In this document: positions 42,662 to 55,628 of the stretch, piece after piece | Layout of the letters: each line of letters begins with the position of its first letter | Numbering within the stretch: the first letter of the stretch is position 1 | Source of the DNA: Macrostomum lignano | Lineage: Eukaryota | DNA length: 64,000 nucleotides | Assembly (NCBI GenBank): GCA_002269645.1 | Contig: NIVC01000991.1 | Location: 124,001-188,000, forward strand | Reading direction: 5' to 3' | Made by a program: the position numbers and the translations under genes | Notes under the pieces: generated by a model | Databases searched by the model: none | Seen by the model: only the letters and a program-made list of their open reading frames with translations | What the model was told of the DNA's origin: nothing

Positions 42662-43249
42662 CATACAAGCAAACCAGATTTTCATTTTTAGTAAATGGAT
42701 ACTATAATACTTTTTTTTCTTTCTCTGGCTCTATTGGTCACTATATGTTGTATATTAACAGAGAAGACACAGAGTATGCCCCCAGCCCAATGTTTTGTTG
42801 TCTAGGGCACAGCCTATTATTTTATAATAAAGTACGAGCTAGTTACAACATGAATCCCAAGAGGAGTTCGCAACTACAGGAGCAATACGATAGCTCAAAC
42901 GCCTAAGCAAACCGTTGTCTTCTTACTTAAATGTAGCAGCTCCATGTCGGAGCAGAAGACATAACAATGGCAATGAGTACAAAAATTGGCGAGTTTGACG
43001 TGGCTAAACCGGATCAATGGGAAGCCTACAAAGAGCAGCTAGAACAATTTCTTGTTGTGAATAAAATGACCAAGGAGGCACAAAAGCAAGCAAGCTTGAT
43101 CACAGTGATAGGCAATGACTGTTATCAATTGCTACGCAACCTACTATTGCCTAAGAAGCCAAAGGATGTGGCGTACGATGAACAAGTGAAGTCGCTGAGG
43201 GAACACTTCAACCCAAAGCCAAATATTGTTGTTGAGCAGTACAACTTCC

Positions 43250-44113
43250 CAGTGTTGGGCAAGTTACTCAAAAAAAGTAACTTGCGTTACTGTAACTTAA
43301 GTTACCAATTTTTAAAAAGTAACTTACGTTAGCCTAGTAACTTTAGACAAAAACCCGGTAACTTTTAAGTTACTGTCCGTTACTCACTTCCGTTACCCAT
43401 GTTATTAACAAAATTTTCTGCTTTTTTCACATTGCATTTTTTTACATTGTTGTTACCGAAATTTGCCATTGGGCATTGGATTAACCGATTAACAGACAGA
43501 GACAGCAATTGGCGACACGATGTGAGGCAAGTAGAAGGACCGATGGGCAATGGCAATCAATAATTAAAATTATAAATGATAAAATAAACGAATATCAATA
43601 ATTCAATAGAGTAAAATAAATAACTGTATAAAATGGTGTAGTGTACTGCAGTGCCAGTGGAGGGACTTGTGGAGGCTACAGACGAATTTCTTTCTTTGGT
43701 TGTTTGTTTGAATCAAACTTGAAAATTTTTAGTAAATTGAAAATGAGAAATAAAAATTGAAAAATAAAATGAAAGGCGAAAATATTTTACTGAAATTATA
43801 ACTAAGCAAAACATGTTTTAAGTATTTCTTCATTAATTAAAGCGCAATACCAAATGATACTATTCACTTAATTTTGAATTAGGAATGAAAAATGCAAAAA
43901 AATGTGACAACCGGCGTAATAGCTAAGCATTTCAGTTTTAAATTTAAATATTGCGATTGTTGCAAAGTAACTGTAACGGACTTCTGAAATTTGAGTAACT
44001 TACCGTTACTCCGTTACTAAAATAAAAAAGTAACTTGCGTAAGGAACGCTTTACGAAAAAGTAACTTGCGTTACCATTTGCAAGTTACTCGGTAACGGAA
44101 GTGCCCAACACTG
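43250..44113. mobile_element. hAT-type MITE inserted in gag
   Basis: TIR CAGTGTTGGGCA; 8-bp TSD caacttcc (43242-43249 and 44114-44121); AGTAAC/GTTAC subterminal repeats. Removing it restores gag ...EQYNF-HSRVQHEEE.... Confidence 0.93.
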
Positions 44114-47100
44114 CAACTTCCACAGCAGAGTCCAACATGAAGAAGAAACAGTGAGTGACTTTGTTGCAAGTCTGCAGAGATTGGCAGCCACATGTGGTTT
44201 TGACAAGTTCTTGGAGGAGGCACTGAGAGACAGGTTCGTCATTGGCCTCAGGAATGGGCTCATCTAGCAGCGATTGCTACAAGAAAAGACACTGACCCTG
44301 TCGGGTGCATTAATGCTAGCAACTGCGATGGAAGCAGCAGAGCTAGGAGTCGTGACTATCACCTCTGCCACAGGAGTTGGTCATAGTGTCAATTTCTCGA
44401 AGGAAACTAACAAGCAATCAACTGCAGCGCAACATGGGAAAAGGAGCCGCGCCCAAGATGGATGTTTCCGCTGTAACACAAAGGATCATTAGGCAAGGAG
44501 CTATCCATATAGGAATAAAATGTGCAGCAAATGTGGCCAGGTAGGACATCTTAGAGATGCATGCCATACAAAGGACAAAGCAAAAGAGTCTGGAAATGGC
44601 AAGTCGAAGCGATTCAACTCTTCAAAACGTGGGAAGTCCAGTAAGGTGCATTATGCACGGAATTTTGACAGTGAGTCAGAAAGTGAGGGTTTGGACTGCG
44701 GTGGTCGAGACAAGCATTCCAAGATCAGGACTGTGTTTGCTATAGGAATGGCTGGCTTTTAGTGGATCAGCACCGTATATGTGCGAGTTAAATATAAATG
44801 GGCATTTTATAAATTTCCAACTGGATACTGGCGCAGACAAAACCCTTATTAATGAAAATACTGGCAAGAAAATTGGTTTAAGGTGGTCTAAATCTAATGT
44901 TAGACTGTCAAGTTACACAGATCATCTTATACCAGTTCTGGGCAAAGCTACTATTACCATAACTGATTATCAGGAAAGACAGTATCAACTAACTGCGCTT
45001 GTTGTGAAGGGAGACAGAGTGAATCTTCTAGGTCGGGACTAGCTTTCTTTGTTGAAAATTGACTGGAGCAAGTTTACCCATGTGAAAACAACAACGTTGG
45101 TTCCACCTATCAAGCGGTTAATGAAGAAGTATGATCAAGTGTTTGCTAAAAGCCTTGGCACTATCAAAGGGTTAAAGGCCAGAATACTGTTAAAAGAAAA
45201 CTTCATTCCAAAGTTTTGCTAGAGTTGACCAGTGCCATTTGCAATCAAAAGCCTCATTGAAGAAGAGCTGGCGAATTTGAAAGCTCAAGGCATAATAAAA
45301 AAGTGAGCACATCAGACTTTGCATCTCCAATTGTCCCAGTTTTGAAGCATGATGCAAAATCCATAAGGATTTGCGCTGATTTCAAGAGAACCATTAATCC
45401 CCAATTGGAAGTTGACAAGTACCCTCTGCCGAAACCAGAAGAAATTTTTGCAACTCTGAATGGTGGAAGAGTCTTCTTGAAATTGGATATTTTGCAAGTG
45501 TTTTTACAACTGGAACTGGAGGATTTGTGCAAAAAGTTTGCTACAATTAACACACATCTGGGTTTGTTCCAATATGAGCAACTAACAATGGGTCTGGCAT
45601 CAGCCCCTGCGTAATTTCAAGAAGCGATGGAGAAAATTTTACAAGGCTTGGAAGTAGTTGTCTATATAGACGACATTATTGTATCTGGCAGTTATTTGAA
45701 AGACCATGACAAAAGGTTAGAAGCTGTATTAGAACATCTTTTAGCTCACGGTGTACATTTAAATCGGAAAAAGTGTGAATTCTGCCTAAACAGATTTGAA
45801 TTCTTGGGCTACGTTATCGATGAATCAGGAATCTATCTCTTGAAAGAGAAAGTTCAGGCAATTCATGAAGCTCCAACACCAACTAATGTGTCAGAGGTTT
45901 GTTCCTTGATAGGAATGATCAGCTATTATGGAAAGTTTATTCCAAACCTATCATCAATACTGGTATCTCTCAACAGACTATTGCACAAAGACGCAGAGTT
46001 TCATTGGAGTGAGGCATGTTTGGCAGCATTTGAGAAAGTGAAGGCAACTCTAATGTCTGAGTGTGTTCTGGCTCATTTTGATCCTAAGAAGCAGCTTGTG
46101 TTGCAAACGGATGCCTCCAAATATGGAATCGGGTGTGTCATCTCACATTTGATGCCAAATGGCAAGGAAAGGCCTGTAGCATTTGCTTTGAGAACTCTAA
46201 CAAAACCTGAGATAAACTACTCTCAACTAGAGAAAGAAGCGCTGGCCATCGTCTTTGGAGTTAAAAGATTTCACCAATATTTTTTTGGACATCATTTTAT
46301 ACTAGTGATTGACCATAAACCCTTACTGACCATTTTTGGAGATAAGAAGGACATTCCGAGCATAGCAGCAAGCAGACTTCAGCGCTGGGCCATGTTGCTT
46401 TCTGCCTATCAGTATACCATCAAATTCAGAAGAACAGAGGATCATTCTAATGCTGACACACTTTCATGTCTCCCAGTGCCTAGTAATATCAGCAAGGTTG
46501 ATCGTGTCTTGGAGGTGAGGCTAGAAATGCTACCAGTCAATTCAGAAACAATATGAACTGAAAAACAGAAAGATTCATAGTTTCAGAGAGTTGTTTGATA
46601 CTGTCAAAATGGTTGGCCAGACACCTGTGAGCAAGAGCTGGAACAGTACTTCAGGAAGCGGAACAAGTTTTGCATTGAGCAAGGTGTGCTATTTTGGGGA
46701 GTAAGAGTAATTATTCCAAGAAGCGTACAACAGGTTATGTTAGAACTGCTTCATGATTGAAGGAATTCAATCCAGGAATCGACAAGGCTATAGAAGCCCT
46801 AGTCTGTAGTTGTGAAGGCTGTCAGCTGCAAAGGAATTTGCCTGCACAAGCACCAGTTAAGCCTCTTGTCTAGCCAGAAAGGCCTTGGACTTGAATTCAA
46901 CTGGACTACATGGGACCATTTCATGGACTACTGGCTTGTTATAGTCAATGCAACAAGTAAATAGGTTGAGATCTTTCCCATGAAGCACACAACTACCAAC
47001 AGGACAATAGAATGTCTACGAGAAATGTTCCCACAATTTGGCATCCCACAGCAAGTGTTGAGTGACAATGGTAGCCAGTTCTGCTCAGCTGAGTTCTATA

Positions 47101-47968
47101 CTTTCCTAGAGCGGAATAACATCCAACAGATTTTGACAGCTGTTGGACATCCGCGTACCAATGGAATTAGTGAAAGAATGGTGCAAACAGCAAAGTCTGC
47201 TATCAAAGCAGGAATTAAGACTCACGGTGATCCAATCTTGAGCATGCAGAACTTTCTGTTTTGCTATCGCAGCATACCTCATTCAACAACTAGTAGAACA
47301 CTAGCAGAGATGATGTTATGCTATAGTTGCAGGACACAGTTGGATTTTCTCAAGCTGGATGCATACTCAAGAGTGTTAAACAAGCAGACAGATGTCATTG
47401 AACGACAAATAGAGAGAGGATCAACTATTCAAGAATTTCAAGGAGACTCAGTTCTGACGTTGGACTTCAGAAAAGAGAGAGAAAACAGGTGGATTTGTGC
47501 CAAGGTGATTGCCCCCACAGGACCACTGTCCTATAGACTGTTGGTCAATGGACAAGTCTGGAAGCAACACGTCGACCAAATTGTCAGTGCAGAATTACCT
47601 GGACAGAACAAGCCGGAGGCTCATCACCTATTGCCTATTCTGAAGGATCCTAGGAGAGTTCAGAGAGACAAAACTACCACTGAAAAAGAGCGACAAGAGA
47701 GTGAATCAACTCAACCAGTCCAAGACGTGCCAAGCCGAAGAGAATCTCAGGCAGCGGACACAGACCAGGATGACGCTGACCCTGGAGCAGAAGGCGTGGG
47801 CACAAGGATACTGAGGGATTGAAGCAAATTGAGAAAACCAGATTGGTTGCATTACAGTGAATAATTCTGGATAACTGACAATGCAACTTTTATTGACAAA
47901 AGGGGGAATGTTGTATATTAACAGAGAAGACACAGAGTATGCCCCTAGCCCAATGTTTTTTTGTCTAG

Positions 47969-49056
47969 CCCGTTGGAAAAGTTATGCACCTGCAAAGGCA
48001 CAAAAGGTGAGCGAGGTGCACAAAAGAGGCACTTTGGTGGCCTATTTCGTGTGTGTTTTGGAAATGCACCTGAGTGCACCTTTTATGCCTAAATGTCACC
48101 AATATTTTTGAAAAGAGGCATGAGAGGTGTAAAATCGGTGAAGTGGTCAGGCAGTAAGTGAATTCTCAATTTTGATTGGCTGCGGCGGTAGGGGCAGTAA
48201 AGGTGCTGAAGGGGCGCAGAAAGTGCACAAAAGGTATACATGTTGCAGCGTAAATATGTATACAGGTGCATTTCCAAAACACGCTCGAAATAGACCCCAA
48301 AAGTGCCTCTTCTGTGCACCTTGCTCACCTTTTATGCCAATGCACGAATTAATGCATTAATAATCAGTAACAAAAAATTAACTGAGAGTTACATACTCGT
48401 ACATTGCACGCACAGATTGAACATAGAGAAGCTTTATTTACACCTATACTAATCGCTGCTATCCCCTTCCTGATCCTGACAAACCACGAAAGTAAAAATT
48501 TCCTGTACTGATAAGTTTTAATAACTTTTAAATACTTAGGAAAAGTTCCGAAAAGTGATGAAAAGCTTTGAATCTGTTTAAAGAATAATAAGAAAAAGTA
48601 GCAAAGAACTTTCGCAAGTTGGAATGCCCCTTGCATTGCCTTTACACCTAAAGTGCCCACTGTGCACCGTTTGTTCACCTTTTGTGCCTCCAATGCACAC
48701 TGTGCACCTTTATTCACCTTTCGTGCCTCCAGTGCACACTATACACTTTTTATGCACCTCCACCACAGCGCACCTTTTTTTCACCTTTCACTCCACCAAT
48801 GCCCCCAATTCCTACTTTGTTCACCTTTTGTGCCTCCAATACACACTGTGCACCTTTAATACACCAAACTCCCCTATGACACCTGTGCCCCTACCACCTA
48901 TTTCGTGCCTTTTATTCACCTGACCCTGCAGAGGCACTCAGGTGAACACGCTGTGCACAAGTGGCACAAAATAGGCATAAAAGAGGCGAAAGTGAGGCAG
49001 AAGGTGTAAAACTCTTCACCTTTCATGCCTACTTTAAAAACTCAAAATTCAACGGG
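47969..49056. mobile_element. Non-autonomous DNA transposon with CCCGTTG termini and 3-bp TSD (CMC/EnSpm-like; superfamily uncertain)
   Basis: Termini CCCGTTG...CAACGGG; TSD tag (47966-47968 and 49057-49059). The empty site gtctagggc is visible in the 5' LTR. The interior is rich in GTGCAC/GGCAC/AAAAG motifs. Confidence 0.85.
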
Positions 49057-49178
49057 TAGGGCATAACCTATTATTTTATAATAAAGTACGAGCTAGTTAC
49101 AACATGAATCCTAAGAGGAGTTTGCAACTATGGGAGCAATATGATAGCTCGAAACCTTAAGTGAACCATTGTCTTCTT

Positions 49179-50043
49179 TAGTGTTGGGCACCAGTCCATT
49201 AATAAGCATTAATCCGTTAATAAGCATTAATAAGTGTTAAGATTTTTCATTAACATTAATGGACTATTGTTAAGATTTTTTTGAACTAACAGATTAACAA
49301 ATTTGCATTAAAAATTTTGTGAATTAACAATAAATTCATTTTTAATGGTAGTGTCTATGTCAATGACCAAATACGCAAAGAAGGAACGAAAAATAGAAGT
49401 CTTACAAGAAGTTTAAACATTACGAACATATTTGAGCTTACCTATATGCCTGAATAAATCTCTTTATTTATGACAATGATCATACAGACGTATATGTAAT
49501 TAACAACTTCTGACAAATAAACTTTAAAATAATGAATTAAAATAGTATGAAAATTTATTTCTTGCGCATGAGCATCGATTGCTTTGATTCACTTCTGTCC
49601 TAATCTTTTGCAACTTTCTGCTGCGCCTACTAATAGTACTAAAACAATCTTCCTATGTGTATTTAATTATGAATTTCTCACTATTAGCTTTTAAGTTTCA
49701 AATAAAATAAGTTACTTTTTTTACCATATGCTTTACTTTTAGTAGTATTATGCATACAAGTTTTTAAAATGATTATTTATTACTTTTTTAGCTTTTAAAT
49801 TGCTTAGATGACCTCTGTGTTTCACTAAAAAGATGGAATAGCAAAGATGTGCAATCCAAAGTCTGTTTTGAAAAAAACGTGCAAGATTTCCGTATTTTCT
49901 ATGTTAACTTTAATGGATTAACACTGATCAAAGATTAACTTAACAAAATTAGGAGTTAAAAAGTTAAGATTTTTTTTTGTTTTAATGCTAATGCTTTTGC
50001 TATTAACGGAAGTTAAGATTTTCATTAATGGTGCCCAACACTG
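49179..50043. mobile_element. Second hAT-type MITE, inserted in the 3' LTR
   Basis: TIR (T/C)AGTGTTGGGCACC; 8-bp TSD gtcttctt (49171-49178 and 50044-50051); ATTAAC/ATTAAT subterminal repeats. Confidence 0.92.
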
Positions 50044-50949
50044 GTCTTCTTACTTAAATGTAGCAGCTCCATGTTGGAGCAGAAGACATAATACTATATT
50101 ACTATTATTGGTTGTTATAATAATAAATTAATAGGCAACACATTCAACTATTTTCCTAAGGTAATAATGTTCTATTTATATGATCTATTTTTAGATCTGT
50201 AGTGGTAGCATGCACAATTAAATAGATGGTAAGCAATAGGAAATTAAAGTATGAGACAGTCACTTAACAGATTCCATGAGTGTCTCATTGTCAAAAGAAA
50301 ACTAAAGTTTGTCATTGTTTGGGAGCAATTAGAAAGTCAATCAATTTGGTTGTTTTGCTAATCTTATAGGCCCCTAGTTCTAATAAATCTTATTGATAGA
50401 GCTTAGGCCTAATAGTTTGTTTTGTATAATTATTTAAAGTTAGCATTTGTATAAATGATGATTGCCAATATTTAGAATAATTTGAAAACTTAATCACTTT
50501 CTAGATCTATATTAGAATAGTTTGTCAACTTGGTACCCTTGCTAGGCCTATACCTACCCAGTAAAAAAAGTAGCAGCGAGTCGCTGGCTTGTGGACCACG
50601 ATACAGCTACATTGTATCGACGTCGCTGAACTAAAAAAAATTCAAAATTTACTTTATTGATTGTCTAGTGCCTTGGTTTCTGTTAGTTTTAGGTTGAAAT
50701 TTCGTTTTAGTCTTTCAAATTGATTTCTGTCTGCGTCCTATTTGCGTCCATACTAGACTTAAACTTACCATACTAGGTTTATAAACTTAGAATAGGATGT
50801 TCTATACTTACTACTGACATTTCCTATGAGTAGTGAGTAAGCATTTTGTTTTTCTTTGGGCTTTCTATTCAAGGCTACTTCATCGTTCATTTTTATTTTT
50901 CTAAGGTCTACAGTCCTTATTTATAGTCACATTAGACAATGCACAGAGC

Positions 50950-51819
50950 CAGGCACGTCGCCATGGATTTAAGGGTGCGGGACAAAGCCAAGAATTCTAC
51001 ATGTACATGTAAACGACGAAATTCCTACACGCACATTATTTTCAGAATCGGTGTTGTCAGCACTCATTTTAGAACTACAGGCACTCATTTTAGAACTACA
51101 GGCACTCATTTTAGCGCCACAGGCACCATTTTAGCGCCACAGGCACCATTTTATCGCCGCAGGCACTCATTTTAGCGCCACAGGCACCATTTTAGCGCCG
51201 CAGGCACTCATTTTAGCGCCACAGGCACTCATTTTAGAACTACAGGCACTCATTTTAGCGCCACAGGCACCATTTTAGCGCCGCAGGCACCATTTTAGCG
51301 CCACAGGCACCATTTTATCGCCACAGGCACCATTTTAGCACCGCAGGCACTCATTTTAGCACCGCAGGCACTCATTTTAGCGCCGCAGGCACTCATTTTA
51401 GCGCCACAGGCACTCATTTTAGCGCCACAGGCACTCATTTTAGCGCCTCATGCACCATTTTAGCGCCACAGGCACTCATTTTAGCGCCGCAGGCACTCAT
51501 TTTAGCGCCACAGGCACTCATTTTAGCGCCACAGGCACTCATTTTAGCGCCTCATGCACCATTTTACCGCCACAGGCACTCATTTTTAGCGCCACAGGCA
51601 CTCATTTTAGCGCCATAGGCACTCATTTTAGCGCTACAGGCACCATTTTAGCGCCGCAGGCGCTATTTTGTCACCATGCAGCAAAAATCATTGATTTTCA
51701 CAACGGGCCAAAAGGTGGGGATGGAGGGGACAAAGCATTGGCATCAATGGCATGTCCCCCCCAGATCCTTTACTGGAGGGGACATGTCCCCCCTGCCCCC
51801 CCCATTGGCGACGCCCCTG
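50950..51819. mobile_element. hAT-type MITE carrying an internal 21/22-bp minisatellite
   Basis: Termini caggcacgtcgcca / tggcgacgcccctg; 8-bp TSD cacagagc (50942-50949 and 51820-51827). Internal array ttttagcgccacaggcactca at ~51058-51660. Confidence 0.88.
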
Positions 51820-52476
51820 CACAGAGCAACACCGCATTGGCATGGTGATTCGACTTACTATATATTTAATATATAAATAGAATTTAGAGTACAAGTATAA
51901 GTGTCCTGCCCGGCATGTACTGTACATACTACTGTACATGTACAAAGAAGAAAAATCTTTGGGGAGGAAAGACAGCTGGATATGAAGCATGGTAATATTT
52001 TGTACAGGAAAATATTATTAGAAATCTGAGTATCTGAGTTGTTGCTTTATTATCATGAAGCAACAACTATATTCAACCCAACACACGGCGCCTCTTCTAT
52101 ACTCTAAACAAATTTCCTACTATTTTCGGGAAAGTAGAGTAGATCGACTAGTAGTCCTTTTACAGTGAGAGGTTTACACTTTAGACTTCGTGTGTTCTTT
52201 GTCCATACGAGCATAAGGATACGATCAGGATCATATGGTAGAATTTATATATAATGTAAATTCAGATATGATGGGAAGGAAAGAGATGAGATTGAAATCG
52301 TTTTGGAAATGTCAGTTGCGAGGATTTTTATGTACACTTCTTTCTCTTATACACATCTCACTAAAATGATTTAATATACTGGACTAAGTCGCAAAAATGA
52401 CAGAAAACGCTGTGAGAAAACGCTAAGTCTACGAGCGTATACAGTAAAGTAAACCTGGTACTATAGCTTGCTTGAC

Positions 52477-52800
52477 CAGGGGCCTGGAAAAACTCCGGCC
52501 CGTATGTGGCCCGCAAAGAGCTCTCTATCCGGCCCTCGGGCCTTGGACAGTGGATACTTGAGAATGGAAATCCAGCCTGCTCAAGGTTTGTCTCTTTTTA
52601 GTTATCTCTCCTGCTTTCCTTTAATCTGCTCTCCTCCCTCCTCTGTCTCATCTCATCTTGGCTCTCTCTTCTCTTCTCTCCTTTTCTCTCTCCCCTTCTC
52701 TTCTCTTAAATCCTTTTTTCTCACTCATCTCTTATCTTCTCTTATTTACTCCTCGGGATTCAAATTTCTGACTGCACCAAATGTTTCTTTTCGAAGCCAT
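52477..52800. mobile_element. hAT/Charlie-type MITE left end and CT-rich body
   Basis: Starts caggggcctggaaaaactccggcccgtatgtggcccgc and shares ctctctatccggccc with the 15337 copy. The right end was not found. Confidence 0.45.
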
Positions 52801-54832
52801 TAGTGGAAGCAGCTATAGAAATGAACTACAATCTAGGTTAAAATTTATATGGTTGTTTATTTATAGAAGACTGAGTTGGAATTGGAACAGAAAAGGAACC
52901 ATTTGAAAAGCCTGTTTGATAGTGATAGCAGTGTGTTAGTGGGGAGGGGAAGTAGATATGAAATTGTATCGAACTGATTTGCGGGGAAATAGCGTGTAAA
53001 GGCGCAATGCGCAACCTCTCGAGCCTCTCTTTCCGACATTTTTATTGCTCACCAGCTGTTTCCTGTCTGGTCATATCCCCTCCGATAAGAAAATAGCTTA
53101 TTTCAAGCCTCTTTGTTCGATCCAGAGTTCGAGGAGAGTCAACAGAGGGGTCTTTGTTCCCGTGTTTCTCTGTGTTTCCTGCCTTGAAGGAGCAAGGAGT
53201 TCTAGACTTCAATCTAAGGCTCTAAGTCCTGTGACAGAGCTTTGCTTGATAAATACTGTATACAAAGATCTGACATCTGTTAGGTTCTGATTCTGAATCG
53301 TAAATTTATTTTGGGCTCTACGTGGAGTGATTTTTTAAGTCTTTGTCTTGCATTCTGTTGGTGCTCGAGCAAGATTTATTTGACATTAGCACCGCAAGGG
53401 CCAGCGTATTGTACAGTGACGGTACTCTGCAATTGCCAAAGATCCCATAGAATTTAATTAAGAAATCTGTCCTCGCATTTTGTGCTCGTAACTCCCGCAT
53501 TTCTTTCATAACCTCTGTGGAGTCTGGCTTCAAATGAACAGCACAAAATGTGTGTGAGCCTCACAGGCTAGAGATGTATTAAAGTTCGTAGTTGCTTGCA
53601 GAAACGCCATGCCCCGTGGCTGTTTTATTCATTCCACTGCTCCCCAGCAAGGGGAACACAATCTGAACAGGCCTCTGCTTGCTGGGGGTGCCGGGTGCAG
53701 ATAGACAGACTTGTGCGTGCATTGGCGTCTATCTTTGAATTGAACTATTTGAGTTAAAATAATGATTTTGGATTATGGCTTTGTCCTATTGTACGCTGGC
53801 TTCTTACAAGTATCGCCCTTATTACGAAAGTGAAAGCCAAAGCGAAGTAGATTCCCATCCACAACGCTTATGTGTCTAGGGCTGAGAATATTGTGGAAGG
53901 ATTTTTGGAGAGCGCAAATCATAAGCAAAGCGTAACAAACTAAATTTTCGTGGGGGTCTAACCAGGGACTCCAAAAATAGCAATATTTCCTTCTAGAAGT
54001 CCCTGATATACACGCTCCAGCAAGCTAGCTCCACCTGCTTTTCTTTCTATTCCCAACTTACTAAGTTCTTTCTGTAGAAACCAGTCTCGGGCCTTAGCCT
54101 TTGCTTGATACAAAGTGTTTTTATTGAAGCCTGAAAGCATAGTATTGTCGCTCCTGCAAAAAAGAGCGGGTGATTTTTTATAAAATGGGGAGGGGTTTGT
54201 GTGCTGGGCACAGAGTATGAGATATGCGTGGAATAGGGAAAAGAGAGATAATAATATATTTTATTCTGTGGGATCCGAGAAATTGGTATAAGCAATCTTA
54301 TCTTTTTGTCTCGGATTCTTAGCTTGGACTGCCAGTGACAGCTGCCCGCATATCCGAAACCCCCAGACCTTCCGAATCCCCTATTTTCAAAATCTTAGTT
54401 ATATCTTAGTTGAATGTTAGTCCCTAAACTGGATGCATTTGGATATTTAAAGCGAAAACAGATGATTTCAATTGATGTCTATGGCCAGGAGGGTTATCCG
54501 ACCTGTCTGGATATTCGTATGGATATTCGGCGGTCAAAAAAATCAAACAATACAACTGAAAAAAAAACTGTTTCAAATAGGAGAACACGGCAGATTGGAT
54601 AGCGGAAGCAAATGAACGAGAAAATATGAACTGCTATGAAAAGATGCAAACGATAGCTAGCTACAGACAACAAGGATCGGGAGCAGCAGCAGAAATAGCA
54701 AATGGCTAACTAAAGCTGTGTGGTGCAAGTATAGTTATCCTGATTGATTGGCTATAAATAACCGATACATACATATAGCTATAGGACTAAACAAGCATAT
54801 ATATGGCTAATACAATAAGTATTTTTGAACTA

Positions 54833-54993
54833 GGTAGCACAATTTCGGAGTTACGCTTAGCACAATTTCGTATAGATATTATAGACGTTATGTATGGAGT
54901 TTCCAAAATTATGCAGGCCATATTGATTGATATGCGGACTGCATATTAATTTAAGGGAAAATGTGCTAGCCACTATTCCGGAATTGTGCTACT
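54833..54993. mobile_element. Short TA-flanked MITE
   Basis: Inverted termini ggtagcacaatttcgga / tccggaattgtgctact, with TA at 54831-54832 and 54994-54995. Confidence 0.6.
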
Positions 54994-55628
54994 TACTTCT
55001 TAAGCATATGCGGGGGCGTTGAAGGTAAGCCTGGATTAGAATAAAATTTAAAAATGAAAAAAACAGCAAATTTTAACAATCATTTAAAAAGCGGCATGAG
55101 CCTTTTGCATATTTATCAGCATTCATAGATATAAGCAATTAAACAGTTCAATAGCTCCTCTAATTAACAATTCCTGCCACCAAAGGATGCTGAACAAAAT
55201 TTCAGAGAGAAAGCAGACCAATAATGCATCAATGCAGACCAATATTGATTAGTAATATATTGATTGATTGATTGACTACATATCTGATTGCACCCGCCTC
55301 AGTTGTACCCTGATTAATTACTAGGACAGTGAGCTAAGCATGGGCATATACAAGCAATAATATCAGTACATGTTAATAGCTACCTGTCTCCTAGTTATCC
55401 AATAGCTAGCTACTAGATGATAAGTCCATAAAACGAGCTACAACCTATGTTGCAAGGTCGAGCTGCACAGTAGTTAAAATTGTTTTTTACTTTCCGACCA
55501 CAAAATCTAGCTGTTGTTTCAAATCTGTGTCGATTTCTTCTGACTATACTTATAAATACAGTATTCAACATAGAAGTTCCAGTGCAACAGCTTAACTCTG
55601 AACTTAATTGAAGTTCAATTAAACCATG

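Larger units (their letters stand above)
42746..50093 (+). mobile_element. Full-length decayed Gypsy (Mag-like) LTR retrotransposon with nested insertions
   Basis: 5' LTR 42746-42966 (221 bp); 3' LTR 47909-50093, split by two insertions; TSD ctata at 42741-42745 and 50094-50098. PBS TGGCAATGAG (decayed tRNA-Ser-type TGGCGACGAG); PPT aaaagggggaa. Gag from 42967 with two CCHC knuckles, protease LDTGA, RT YIDD, RNase H TDAS, integrase SDNG/NGISER. Many stops and frameshifts. Confidence 0.95.

Noticed and set aside
42915-42966. Resemblance of the LTR U5 hairpin (GTCTTCTTACT...GAAGAC) to a flatworm spliced-leader sequence as I recall it
   Set aside because: The match is only ~11 nt, with no donor site or Sm-binding site following. 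It is better explained as an LTR stem-loop.
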